NCBI GenBank assembly: GCA_964371395.1
Contig: CAYJLU010000001.1
Coordinates: 1-56,020 of the forward strand
Direction: 5' to 3'
Length of the DNA: 56,020 nt
From: an uncultured Rikenellaceae bacterium
GTDB lineage: Bacteria > Bacteroidota > Bacteroidia > Bacteroidales > Rikenellaceae
The notes under the pieces are model-generated. The model had not been told where the DNA came from, did not search any database, and saw only the letters and a list, made by a program, of their open reading frames with translations. This document shows positions 47,355-56,020 of the stretch, piece after piece (positions within the stretch are counted from its first letter, which is position 1; each line of letters begins with the position of its first letter). The position numbers were made by a program, and so were the translations under genes.

Positions 47355-48902
47355 TTAGAATGGTGCGATACCGTGCTTTTTAGCAGGAAGTTCAACAGTT
47401 TTATTTGCAGTAACTTGTAGAGCGTGAATAATTTGACTACGAGTCTCCTTAGGGTCGATAACTGCATCTACATAACCTTTGCTAGCTGCAACGTATGGAT
47501 TAGCGAACTTCTCTTTGTACTCTGCAATCTTCTCAATACGAGTAGCAGCTGGGTCAGCAGACTCTGCAATCTCCTTACGGAAGATAATGTTAGCTGCACC
47601 CTCTGGTCCCATAACTGCAATCTCAGCACCCGGCCAAGCAAATACAAAATCAGCACGAAGGTGGCGTGAACACATTGCGATATATCCACCACCGTATGCC
47701 TTACGTAGGATAACAGTAATCTTAGGTACAGTAGCCTCGCTGTATGCGTATAGTAGTTTAGCTCCGTGGCGAATAACACCTGCGTGCTCTTGGTGTACAC
47801 CCGGAAGGTATCCCGGAAGGTCCTCAAGTGTTACTAGTGGAATATTGAAGCTGTCGCAGTAGCGGATAAAGCGAGCAGCCTTATCAGAGCTATCACAGTC
47901 AAGCACACCCGCCATAACTAGCGGTTGGTTAGCAACAAAACCAACTGTCTTTCCATCAACTCTACCAAAACCAACTACGATATTACCAGCAAATAGCTCT
48001 TGAACCTCGAAGAATTCACTATTATCTGTAATAGAGCGGATAACATTACGAACATCATAAGGTAGTGTTGGGTCAGCTGGAACGATCTGCTCAATTTTGT
48101 AGTTAGATGTATTTGGTTCTGCAGTTGCTAGATCCTCGCCTTTGTTGCCATTGTTATGAGGTACTAGTGAAAGCAGTGTTCTGATTTGGCTGAAGCACTC
48201 CTCCTCATCGTTTGCAAAGAAGTGAGCGTTACCAGTCTTTTCGCAGTGTACACGTGCACCACCAAGCTCCTCCATAGTAATCTCTTCGCCAAGTACGGTC
48301 TTGATAACCTCTGGGCCAGTGATAAACATCTTAGATGTGCCATCCACCATAAATACATAGTCGGTCAGTGCAGGCGAATAAACCGCACCACCAGCACAAG
48401 GGCCTAGGATAACCGAAATTTGAGGGATAACACCTGATGCAAGTGTATTAAGGTAGAAAATCTCACCATAACCAGCAAGTGCATTAACACCCTCTTGGAT
48501 ACGTGCTCCACCTGAGTCATTGATACCAATAAGTGGGATACGCATAGAAAGGGCGTACTCCATAATCTTTGTAATTTTGCGTGCGTGGCTAAGTCCTAGT
48601 GAACCACCAAATACGGTGAAGTCCTGAGAAAATATTGCCACGTTCTTACCCTCAACCGTACCAGTACCGATAATTACACCGTCGCCAGCCAGTTCTTTTG
48701 ATGCCATACCAAACTCCGTAGCAGAGTGTTGTACGAATATGTCATATTCTCTAAAACTACCAGCGTCAAGTAGAGTTTCGATACGCTCTCTAGCTGTTAG
48801 TTTACCCATACTTTTTTGCTTTTCGATAGCCTTTTCGCCGCCACCTAGAAATACTCGTTCTGTGCGTGCTAACAGGTCGAGAATCTTTGAATCATTTGCC
48901 AT
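47355..48902 (-). CDS. Acyl-CoA carboxyltransferase subunit (PccB/MmdA family)
   Basis: GKLTARER, DSGGARIQEG, GPCAGGAVYSPA, KAYGGGY and KKHGIAPF motifs. Confidence 0.93.
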   Translation of the reverse strand: MANDSKILDLLARTERVFLGGGEKAIEKQKSMGKLTARERIETLLDAGSFREYDIFVQHSATEFGMASKELAGDGVIIGTGTVEGKNVAIFSQDFTVFGGSLGLSHARKITKIMEYALSMRIPLIGINDSGGARIQEGVNALAGYGEIFYLNTLASGVIPQISVILGPCAGGAVYSPALTDYVFMVDGTSKMFITGPEVIKTVLGEEITMEELGGARVHCEKTGNAHFFANDEEECFSQIRTLLSLVPHNNGNKGEDLATAEPNTSNYKIEQIVPADPTLPYDVRNVIRSITDNSEFFEVQELFAGNIVVGFGRVDGKTVGFVANQPLVMAGVLDCDSSDKAARFIRYCDSFNIPLVTLEDLPGYLPGVHQEHAGVIRHGAKLLYAYSEATVPKITVILRKAYGGGYIAMCSRHLRADFVFAWPGAEIAVMGPEGAANIIFRKEIAESADPAATRIEKIAEYKEKFANPYVAASKGYVDAVIDPKETRSQIIHALQVTANKTVELPAKKHGIAPF

Positions 48903-49013
48903 TATTCTTTATTTTTTTAGTTAAAATATTTATTCAAATACGTATGATTGATAGGTTATATATAATTTGTAAAGGTAAACTATTTTTTTTGACGAGCCAA
49001 AATTTAGAAGAAA

Positions 49014-50393
49014 TTATTTTTTATCGAAGATAGATTTACCCATCCAACGGCCACTTAGATAGTACCAAACCATTAGTATTAATCCAATGCCCCAACCAAT
49101 AACAATACTACCAGCTACTATGTCAATGCCGTCTAAATTCGTGTACTTTGAACATATCTTTGCAATAGGGATACGACAGCCCCACAGCGCAATAAATGTA
49201 GCAATCATAGGAAATATTACAGCTCCCGCTCCACGCAACATTGCCCCGATAATATACATTCCCGAAAATAGAGGGTAGAAGAGACTCACGATAACTAAGT
49301 ATCGGTGACCCTCACTTATTACCACCTCGTCTGTGGTAAATAGCCTTAGGAAGTTCTCCCCAAAGACGTATATTATAATGCCAATTACAATGCAGGTGAT
49401 AGTGGAGAATTCGATAGTTCTACGAAGTCCACGTTTAACTCTATCGACTTTGCCCGCTCCGATATTTTGTCCCACAAAGGAAGTGAGTGCCATAGCGAAA
49501 TTCATAGCAGGAATAACCGCTAGTGCATCGATACGCATACCAGCTGTAAAGGCTGCAATGGTATCGGTACCGTAGCTATTTATAATTCCAAATAGTGCTA
49601 CCGCCCCGAAGGCTACAAACGACTGCTGAATACCAGTGGGTAGTCCAAATCTAAGACACTGAATAAAGATACCACGATGGAACTTTAGCTTGAAGAGGTT
49701 AATATGAAAGACTATATCTTTGCGAGCATTAATATAGAGTATTGCGGCAAGGTATGCAATGCCTTGTGAGATGACTGTTGCCCAGGCTGCCGCTGCAACC
49801 CCAAACCCGCATAGTACTATGAATGTGTAGTCCAAGATTATGTTTAGTATTGCGGAGAATGCTAGGAAGTAGAGTGGTGTGCGAGAGTCACCAACGCCTC
49901 GTAGCATTGCAGCGATAGTATTGAAACCAAATAGTAGAAATATTCCAGTGAGATACACCTCTAGGTACTCCACCCCTAGGGGTATGAGTTCCTCGGGTAG
50001 GGATGTAGCTCGTAGTATGTCCTCGGATAGTAGAAGTCCAATAGCTCCAATAATCACTCCACTTACAAGTAGTACAATATGTAGAGTGTCGCTGGTAATA
50101 TGCACCTTTGCAAAGTTGCCACGCCCGAAATATTGAGATATAACTATACTGGCTCCGCTACCTAGACCGATAACCATTGCAACTATGGCAAAGACAACAG
50201 GCGTGCTGGCTCCAACAGCAGCTAGTGCCTCTTTGCCTAGAAATTTTCCTACAATTACACTATCTACAAACTGATAAAGTTGCATTAGTAGGTTTCCTGC
50301 TATGATGGGCAGAGAAAATAGTATGATTTGTTTGCCAATAGGACCGCTTGTAAAATCTTTCATAGTTACTCTTGAGGCGGTAAAGATAGTCAT
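49014..50393 (-). CDS. MATE family efflux transporter
   Basis: DSVIVGKFLG, RGVGDSRTPL, NIILD and GQNIGAG motifs; ~12 TM segments; start could be ATG 50363. Confidence 0.93.
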   Translation of the reverse strand: MTIFTASRVTMKDFTSGPIGKQIILFSLPIIAGNLLMQLYQFVDSVIVGKFLGKEALAAVGASTPVVFAIVAMVIGLGSGASIVISQYFGRGNFAKVHITSDTLHIVLLVSGVIIGAIGLLLSEDILRATSLPEELIPLGVEYLEVYLTGIFLLFGFNTIAAMLRGVGDSRTPLYFLAFSAILNIILDYTFIVLCGFGVAAAAWATVISQGIAYLAAILYINARKDIVFHINLFKLKFHRGIFIQCLRFGLPTGIQQSFVAFGAVALFGIINSYGTDTIAAFTAGMRIDALAVIPAMNFAMALTSFVGQNIGAGKVDRVKRGLRRTIEFSTITCIVIGIIIYVFGENFLRLFTTDEVVISEGHRYLVIVSLFYPLFSGMYIIGAMLRGAGAVIFPMIATFIALWGCRIPIAKICSKYTNLDGIDIVAGSIVIGWGIGLILMVWYYLSGRWMGKSIFDKK

Positions 50394-50541
50394 TTTTATG
50401 GTGTTCGATGCTTTTTCCCTTAAAGATTTATAGTTATTAGTTAGTTCGGAGGTGTTGGTGCTGAGGAGTGATTGTCTTGTACTGTTGGATTGTAGTGGGA
50501 GCTATATTTTGTGTTAGTATCAGTAAAATAGTGATAAAAAA

Positions 50542-50572
50542 TTTGGTAGGATAAATATTTTATTTACCTTTG
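50542..50572 (+). promoter_or_regulatory. Consensus Bacteroidetes sigma-A promoter
   Basis: TTTG (50542-50545), 19-nt spacer, TACCTTTG (50565-50572); a second -7 element TATATTTG lies at 50699-50706. Confidence 0.7.
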
Positions 50573-50736
50573 CGGTGTGTTGGTGTTCTAATACACTGCA
50601 AAAACCCTAAAATATAAATAATAGTCTATTTTGTAGAAAAGTTGCTGAAAATATAATTATATGGTGTAAAAATGTTTTTGGTAATGAAAAATAATAGATA
50701 TATTTGTGTTGAATTTTAACTAAACTAAAAAAAATA

Positions 50737-51447
50737 ATGAAAAGAATTATTTCAACTTTCGTGCTAACCTTAGCCGTTGTACTATCTGCCTCGGCGCAAG
50801 AAGCTGATGCTATCTTCCAGAAGTATCTTGATAAAACAGGACTTATAGAATTTATTGAAAACTATGAGAGCTCGTCATTTACTCTTGACTATACACTTGA
50901 GGCTGGCCCAATGGTAATGGAATATAAAGTAACAGGAGATGGCAACGATAAGTATCGTGTTGAAGCGTCTATGCAAGGTCAGAATGTACTATTTATCATA
51001 CGTGATAGTGTAGCGTATGTTAATGCAGGTGGGCAAGTTCAAATGGTGGACAACCAATCACAGATTGCTCAAATGGTTCCTCTAAAATCTATGACAGATA
51101 TTCTTCCTACGGCTGATAAATACACCTCGATGGAGATCGTTGGAAGCGAGGGTAAGGGTAAGAAGGAGTGTTACCTAGTTAAGGTAATCTCTAAGGAAGA
51201 TAGTTCAGAGGCTACTATATACTTCAATAAAGCAAGTGGACTTATAGAGAAGATGGTCAGCGAAGTTGAAGGTCTAGGGTCAGTTGAGGTGTTACTAACA
51301 AAGTACACTGAATTTGTGGATGGTGAGCTAAATATCCCAACTGAAATTTCAACTAAAACACCACAGGGAAATATTGTGTTTGTGGTTAGTAATATAGAGG
51401 TAGACTATCCAGTTGCCCCTTGGATGTTTGCTGCCCCACAGGTATAA
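50737..51447 (+). CDS. Exported hypothetical protein, possibly LolA-like (outer-membrane lipoprotein-sorting) fold
   Basis: Signal peptide ending in ASA-Q; ADAIFQKY, ECYLVKV, IYFNKASGLI and IPTEI resemble LolA-like families. Confidence 0.55.
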   Translation: MKRIISTFVLTLAVVLSASAQEADAIFQKYLDKTGLIEFIENYESSSFTLDYTLEAGPMVMEYKVTGDGNDKYRVEASMQGQNVLFIIRDSVAYVNAGGQVQMVDNQSQIAQMVPLKSMTDILPTADKYTSMEIVGSEGKGKKECYLVKVISKEDSSEATIYFNKASGLIEKMVSEVEGLGSVEVLLTKYTEFVDGELNIPTEISTKTPQGNIVFVVSNIEVDYPVAPWMFAAPQV

Positions 51448-51511
51448 TCCCCCCCCCCTTTTTTAGGATTCTATCAATACAAGAAACAAAAACCTAATTA
51501 TAACATAAAAA

Positions 51512-54328
51512 ATGAAAAAACTATTTTTAGTACTATCGCTTTTCCTTGCTGGGCTATCTGTTCAGGCACAGGAACTCGATATGATGGAGGTCATCCCTAA
51601 TGACCCAGAGGTACGAACAGGTGTTTTGGATAATGGTGCGAGTTACTACATTCGTCGCAACACCAAGGATCCAGAGCGTGCAAACTTCCACATCCTATAT
51701 AAAGTAGGAGCAGTACTTGAGGAGGATCGCCAAGACGGTCTTGCTCACTTCCTTGAGCATATGGCATTCAATGGTTCTAAGAACTTTGAGGGTAACAACC
51801 TTATTGAGTACTGTAAGAGTAATGGTATTGAATTCGGTGCTAACCTTAACGCAGGTACAGGTCAGGAGATGACAACTTATATGATCACCAATGTACCAAT
51901 CGTAAGGGAGGGTGTTGTTGACTCTATGCTACTTGTACTTCACGACTGGGCAGGATTCATCACACTGGATCACGACGATATCGATGATGAGCGTGGTGTA
52001 ATTTCAGAGGAGTGGAGAATGTACGAGGCTATGGCAAATACTCGCCTGAGAAGACAGTCTAACGAATTGCTATTCGGTACAGACAATATCTACAACAGAC
52101 GTGATATTATTGGCCCACTTGAGAATATTCAAGGTTTTGATTACCAGGACATCAAGGACTTCTACCACAAGTGGTACCGTCCAGATCTTCAGGCGTTTGT
52201 TATCGTAGGTGATATTGATCCTGAGGTTATCGAAGCTAAACTTAAGGCAGTTATGGCCGATGTGAAGGCAGTTGAGAATGGTGCAAAACCTCCTAAATTC
52301 AAGATGGAGAAGCACGAAGAGCCACGCTTTGGTGTTTACACTGACCCAGAGGCATCTTCAACCTCGATTACACTTGTTTGTAAACTTCGCCCACAACCAA
52401 AGAAGTATGCTAATACAGTTATGTCTGCTAAGACCGAGCTACTGAACTATCTTGCTACGTATATGATTAATCAGCGTATGCTTGAGATAGGGAAGAGTGC
52501 TAATGCACCGTTTGTAAGTTCAAATGTTTGGGCTTTCTCAATGAACGATATGTTCGATGCACTTTATCTTTCGGTTGATGCTCGTCCAGGCGAGACAGTA
52601 GAGGCATTCTCGGCTTCTTACACTGAACTACTACGTGCAGTGCGAGGTGGATACGCTACCCCAGAGCTTGATAGAGCAAAAGCAGAACTTCTATCTATCA
52701 ACGAAGCTCAATTTAATGCCAAAGATGATAGAAAGAACCAACAATTTGTAACGCAATACAACAATAACTTCTTTGACAATAAGCCATTCCCTTCTGCAGA
52801 GTATGATTATGAACTATCTAAGAAGTTAATCGAGAGCATTACTATTGAGGAGATTGAGGCGCAAATCTCATCTCTACTAACACAAGATAATGTAGTGGTT
52901 TACGCTTACGAAAAGTCAGGTGAGGGTATCACAAATACTACGGTTGCAGAACTAGAGGCTGCATACAATGCGGTTAATGCATCTGAGATTGCACCTTACG
53001 TTGAGGAAGAAGTTACTCGCCCTCTAATCGCTGATTTAACTGCTCTTAAAGGCTCAAAGGTTGCTAAGACTAAGGAAGGTAAATTTGAGACTACTGAGTG
53101 GACTCTAAAAAATGGTCTAAAGGTGATTGTTAAGCCTACTGACTACAAGGCAGATGAGGTGATGCTTCAAGCTACTCGTAAGGGAGGTACTTCGAATATC
53201 GAAAGCCTTGAGGATCTATACTCTATCGAACTTATGAGTACCTTTGGACAGTATGCAGGTCTTGGTGATTTTACTGCAACAGAACTTACTCGTGCACTTA
53301 GTGGTAAACAAGCATACGCAGTACCATATGTAGGTGCAAGCACAGAGGGACTATCAGGTTCTTCGACTGTGAAGGATATGGAGACAATGTTCCAACTTCT
53401 TTACCTAAGAGCTACCGCTCCTAGAGCAGAGAAAACTGATTGGGATGTTATGATGGACAAACTTCATACGGAGGTTGAAGGTGCACTTCACGATCCAATG
53501 CGTATCTTCCAAGACTCTATCCAAAACACACTATTTAACCATAACCCACGTAACCTAGTTATGGGTGAGGAGTACCTATCGAAAGTTTCATTCGAGGCAC
53601 TTAAATCTCAGTACGAAAGAATCTACTCAAACCTAGGCGATATGACATTCTTTATCACTGGTTCAGTAGACCTTGAGACTCTTAAACCACTTGTTGAGAA
53701 GTACATTGGTTCTCTACCTGTGAAAAAAGGCACTAAGGGTAAAGTAGGTAAGTACCTATCTAGTGAAGTGGCTAAGGGTGACATAGTTAATCACTATACT
53801 GTACCACAGGAATCACCACAAGTCATTGCAGTTGTCGTTGCTTCGGGTGAGGTTGATTACTCTATGGAGGAGGATCTAAATCTAGAGGTTGCAGGTCGTG
53901 TACTTCAGAGCATCTATACTCGTACTATCCGTGAGGAAAATAGCGGTGTTTACGTTGTTCAAAACGCTATGAGTGTTTCGGCAGTACCAATCGAGCAATT
54001 CATTAACCAGACTATCTACCTAACTGATTCATCGAAAGTGTTTGAACTACTACCACTTGTTGGTCAAGGTGTTGATTATATTACAACAGAGGGACCTTCA
54101 GAGGAGGAACTTAAGCAAGCAAGACTAGCTATGCACAAGCACTATGCTGACAATAACCGTACTAATGGAATGTGGCAAAGCTATATCTCTTCTTGGTATA
54201 TCTGGGGTATAGACAACTACACAGGTTATGATGAAACTCTTGACGCTATCACTCCTCAGAGTGTGAAGGAGGCTGCTATACGTGCCTTTGGTCAGGGTAA
54301 TAGAATTGAACTTATCCAACTTCCGTAA
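51512..54328 (+). CDS. Exported M16 family zinc protease (PqqL-like)
   Basis: Signal peptide; GLAHFLEHMAFNGS (HxxEH), ERGVISEE and WYRPD motifs; 938 aa. Confidence 0.93.
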   Translation: MKKLFLVLSLFLAGLSVQAQELDMMEVIPNDPEVRTGVLDNGASYYIRRNTKDPERANFHILYKVGAVLEEDRQDGLAHFLEHMAFNGSKNFEGNNLIEYCKSNGIEFGANLNAGTGQEMTTYMITNVPIVREGVVDSMLLVLHDWAGFITLDHDDIDDERGVISEEWRMYEAMANTRLRRQSNELLFGTDNIYNRRDIIGPLENIQGFDYQDIKDFYHKWYRPDLQAFVIVGDIDPEVIEAKLKAVMADVKAVENGAKPPKFKMEKHEEPRFGVYTDPEASSTSITLVCKLRPQPKKYANTVMSAKTELLNYLATYMINQRMLEIGKSANAPFVSSNVWAFSMNDMFDALYLSVDARPGETVEAFSASYTELLRAVRGGYATPELDRAKAELLSINEAQFNAKDDRKNQQFVTQYNNNFFDNKPFPSAEYDYELSKKLIESITIEEIEAQISSLLTQDNVVVYAYEKSGEGITNTTVAELEAAYNAVNASEIAPYVEEEVTRPLIADLTALKGSKVAKTKEGKFETTEWTLKNGLKVIVKPTDYKADEVMLQATRKGGTSNIESLEDLYSIELMSTFGQYAGLGDFTATELTRALSGKQAYAVPYVGASTEGLSGSSTVKDMETMFQLLYLRATAPRAEKTDWDVMMDKLHTEVEGALHDPMRIFQDSIQNTLFNHNPRNLVMGEEYLSKVSFEALKSQYERIYSNLGDMTFFITGSVDLETLKPLVEKYIGSLPVKKGTKGKVGKYLSSEVAKGDIVNHYTVPQESPQVIAVVVASGEVDYSMEEDLNLEVAGRVLQSIYTRTIREENSGVYVVQNAMSVSAVPIEQFINQTIYLTDSSKVFELLPLVGQGVDYITTEGPSEEELKQARLAMHKHYADNNRTNGMWQSYISSWYIWGIDNYTGYDETLDAITPQSVKEAAIRAFGQGNRIELIQLP

Positions 54329-54351
54329 GTAAGCTTCGGATAGAATACAAT

Positions 54352-54390
54352 AAAAATGAGCTAGATGAAACATCTGGCTCATTTTTTTTT
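54352..54390 (+). terminator. Intrinsic terminator after the M16 protease gene
   Basis: ATGAGCTAGATG-AAA-CATCTGGCTCAT stem followed by a long T tract. Confidence 0.85.
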
Positions 54391-54405
54391 GCTATCTTTA
54401 TCACT

Positions 54406-55929
54406 ATGAAACGCAGAGTGTGGCAGGTAATGGAGGCGGGGCGCTATCCGATGCTATGGATAGTGCTTAGTTTTATGTGTGGTATATTCTGCCACAATGC
54501 CTTTGAATTCGATGGCGGTTTATGGTGGGGTATAGTCGTAGTAATAGTTGCCCTAGGGGTTATCTTTGATATTCTACTTAAACGTTCTGAACCACTATTA
54601 CTCTGTATAGTGGCAATTGGAGGCTTTCTTGCTTCATCACTTCGTGAACCAAAACTTCCCGAAAATCTAAAATATAATCAACAGTCGCTCTTTGTTGGCG
54701 TACTAGAGAGTAGAGTTGAGAGTATCGGAGAGTGGCAACGCTCAGAAATGAAACTCCTAGCCGTTCGTGACAGTTTAGGTAGGTGGAACTATTGTAATGT
54801 TGGTGTAATTGCCAGAGTTGATAGCTCGATGGTAGTACAAAGGGGAGATACAGTGGCATTAATCGGTCGACTACGAGAGGTGGCGGGTGGTTATGGCGAT
54901 TACCTAACGAGGCGAGGTTATCTAGGGCAAATATATGGTTATAGACCTGAGATAATAGGACGAGATTACTCAACTGGCCTGTTAGATAGAGTGCAGGATA
55001 GTGCCATTGATAGACTCCGCTCACTCGATACACTTGGAAGTCAAGCCGTAGCAGCTATTTCAGCTATGGTTGTGGGACGTAGGGATATGTTAAACCGAGC
55101 AAGCGTTGAGAGTTATCGTGATGTTGGTGCAGCTCATCTACTGGCAATCTCTGGACTTCATATTGGAATTATCGTAGTTCTACTTAACTTGATATTTGGA
55201 TGGGTAAAACTATGGAATCGTGGTGGTAGAGTATTGTTCAGCATAGTTGTAATCCTAGGATTGTGGAGTTATGCACTCTTTAGTGGTATGGCAATATCTG
55301 TGCAGAGGGCAGTTATAATGTTTACACTCTACCAACTCGCAGTTATGATTGGTCGCAGCGGTATATCTATCAATATTCTTGCATCTTCAGCTTTTATAGT
55401 GCTTTTGATTAATCCCTTATCGCTATATGATATTGGTTTTCAGTTGTCATATTCGGCAATGGTTGGAATTTCGATACTTTGCCGTCCGCTTATATCCGTA
55501 TTTTCATTGAGGTATCGTATTCTGAGATTATTATGGGGAGCGTTTGCGGTTAGTATTTCCGCTCAACTCTTTGTGATGCCGCTAGTGGTCTATTACTTTG
55601 AGCAACTTCAATGGTTTTCGCTACTGTTATTTCCTGTGGTGTGGTTTAGTATGCCTGTTATAATATTTTCGACTGTTATTTACTTGTTGAGTGGTGTTGG
55701 GGTGATCGGTTATATTGCAGTAGAGGTAGCTTCGTGGCAGAATCATTTATTTGTTTTAGTAGCAGGTAATGAGTGGGTTGTGGTTAAATGCCCAGAGTTG
55801 CCGCTGTGGTTATTAGTGGTTATCTATGGGGTTTTGATTGTAATGAGTCATTGGTTTGCGAGTTCTATGAATCGTCGTTCACGTTATTCAATGCTTCGTA
55901 GGCGTATGTTAGGGGGTGGTATATATTAG
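54406..55929 (+). CDS. comEC: ComEC/Rec2 family competence membrane protein, without the C-terminal MBL domain
   Basis: AHLLAISGLHIG, SVQRAVIM, INPLSLYDIGFQLSY and AQLFVMPL motifs. Confidence 0.88.
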   Translation: MKRRVWQVMEAGRYPMLWIVLSFMCGIFCHNAFEFDGGLWWGIVVVIVALGVIFDILLKRSEPLLLCIVAIGGFLASSLREPKLPENLKYNQQSLFVGVLESRVESIGEWQRSEMKLLAVRDSLGRWNYCNVGVIARVDSSMVVQRGDTVALIGRLREVAGGYGDYLTRRGYLGQIYGYRPEIIGRDYSTGLLDRVQDSAIDRLRSLDTLGSQAVAAISAMVVGRRDMLNRASVESYRDVGAAHLLAISGLHIGIIVVLLNLIFGWVKLWNRGGRVLFSIVVILGLWSYALFSGMAISVQRAVIMFTLYQLAVMIGRSGISINILASSAFIVLLINPLSLYDIGFQLSYSAMVGISILCRPLISVFSLRYRILRLLWGAFAVSISAQLFVMPLVVYYFEQLQWFSLLLFPVVWFSMPVIIFSTVIYLLSGVGVIGYIAVEVASWQNHLFVLVAGNEWVVVKCPELPLWLLVVIYGVLIVMSHWFASSMNRRSRYSMLRRRMLGGGIY

Positions 55930-56020
55930 GTTTTGGTGTTGGATTATAAGTGTTTACTCAGTTATTTTGCTGCGTCAATGTTTCTTTCCCACTGCTATAA
56001 ACTTTTTAGCGTGGAAAAAT

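Noticed and set aside
950..55033. Many short antisense or alternate-frame ORFs (e.g. 1582-1896, 11653-12060, 17495-17896, 47479-47862, 54578-55033)
   Set aside because: They lie within well-supported genes and show no recognisable motifs, so they are shadow ORFs.
1..56020. CRISPR array, tRNA/rRNA genes, IS elements, dif site
   Set aside because: No regularly spaced repeats, cloverleaf or rRNA signatures, transposase ORFs or TTATGTTAA-type dif arm were seen; the 22-bp repeat has only two distant copies.
55976..56020. Possible 3' end of a minus-strand gene (..FFHAKKFIAVGKKH*) at the window edge
   Set aside because: Too short to support; the same bases form a terminator-like hairpin (TTTCCCACTGCTA/TAGCGTGGAAA).

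Overview
56 kb of chromosomal backbone from an anaerobic Bacteroidales bacterium, probably Rikenellaceae-like (inferred from gene content, TAnnTTTG -7 promoters and the recD-like/hypothetical/DUF3822/rsmD synteny). It holds about 45 densely packed CDS, mostly housekeeping (PPi-PFK, fbaA, lysS, pth, obgE, aroQ, aroE, xerD, pcrA, pepD, truA, gcvP, slyD, pheT, GH97, msrBA, rdgB, MATE, M16 peptidase, comEC). I saw no rRNA, tRNA, CRISPR array, transposase or prophage gene. The best candidate for an undescribed system is a tightly spaced minus-strand cluster (7970->2588): small [2Fe-2S] protein, group B [FeFe]-hydrogenase, tyrosine-decarboxylase-like PLP enzyme, flavodiiron protein and FlK-type thioesterase. 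Other points of interest are an apparent near-total absence of the tetranucleotide CATG, a divergent AhcY-like enzyme, several catalytically eroded or truncated proteins, a sigma-54-type promoter before slyD, a 22-bp repeat shared by the window start and the xerD/pcrA spacer, and a long nested inverted repeat after aroE. All calls come from reading motifs by eye; no database searches or computations were run.
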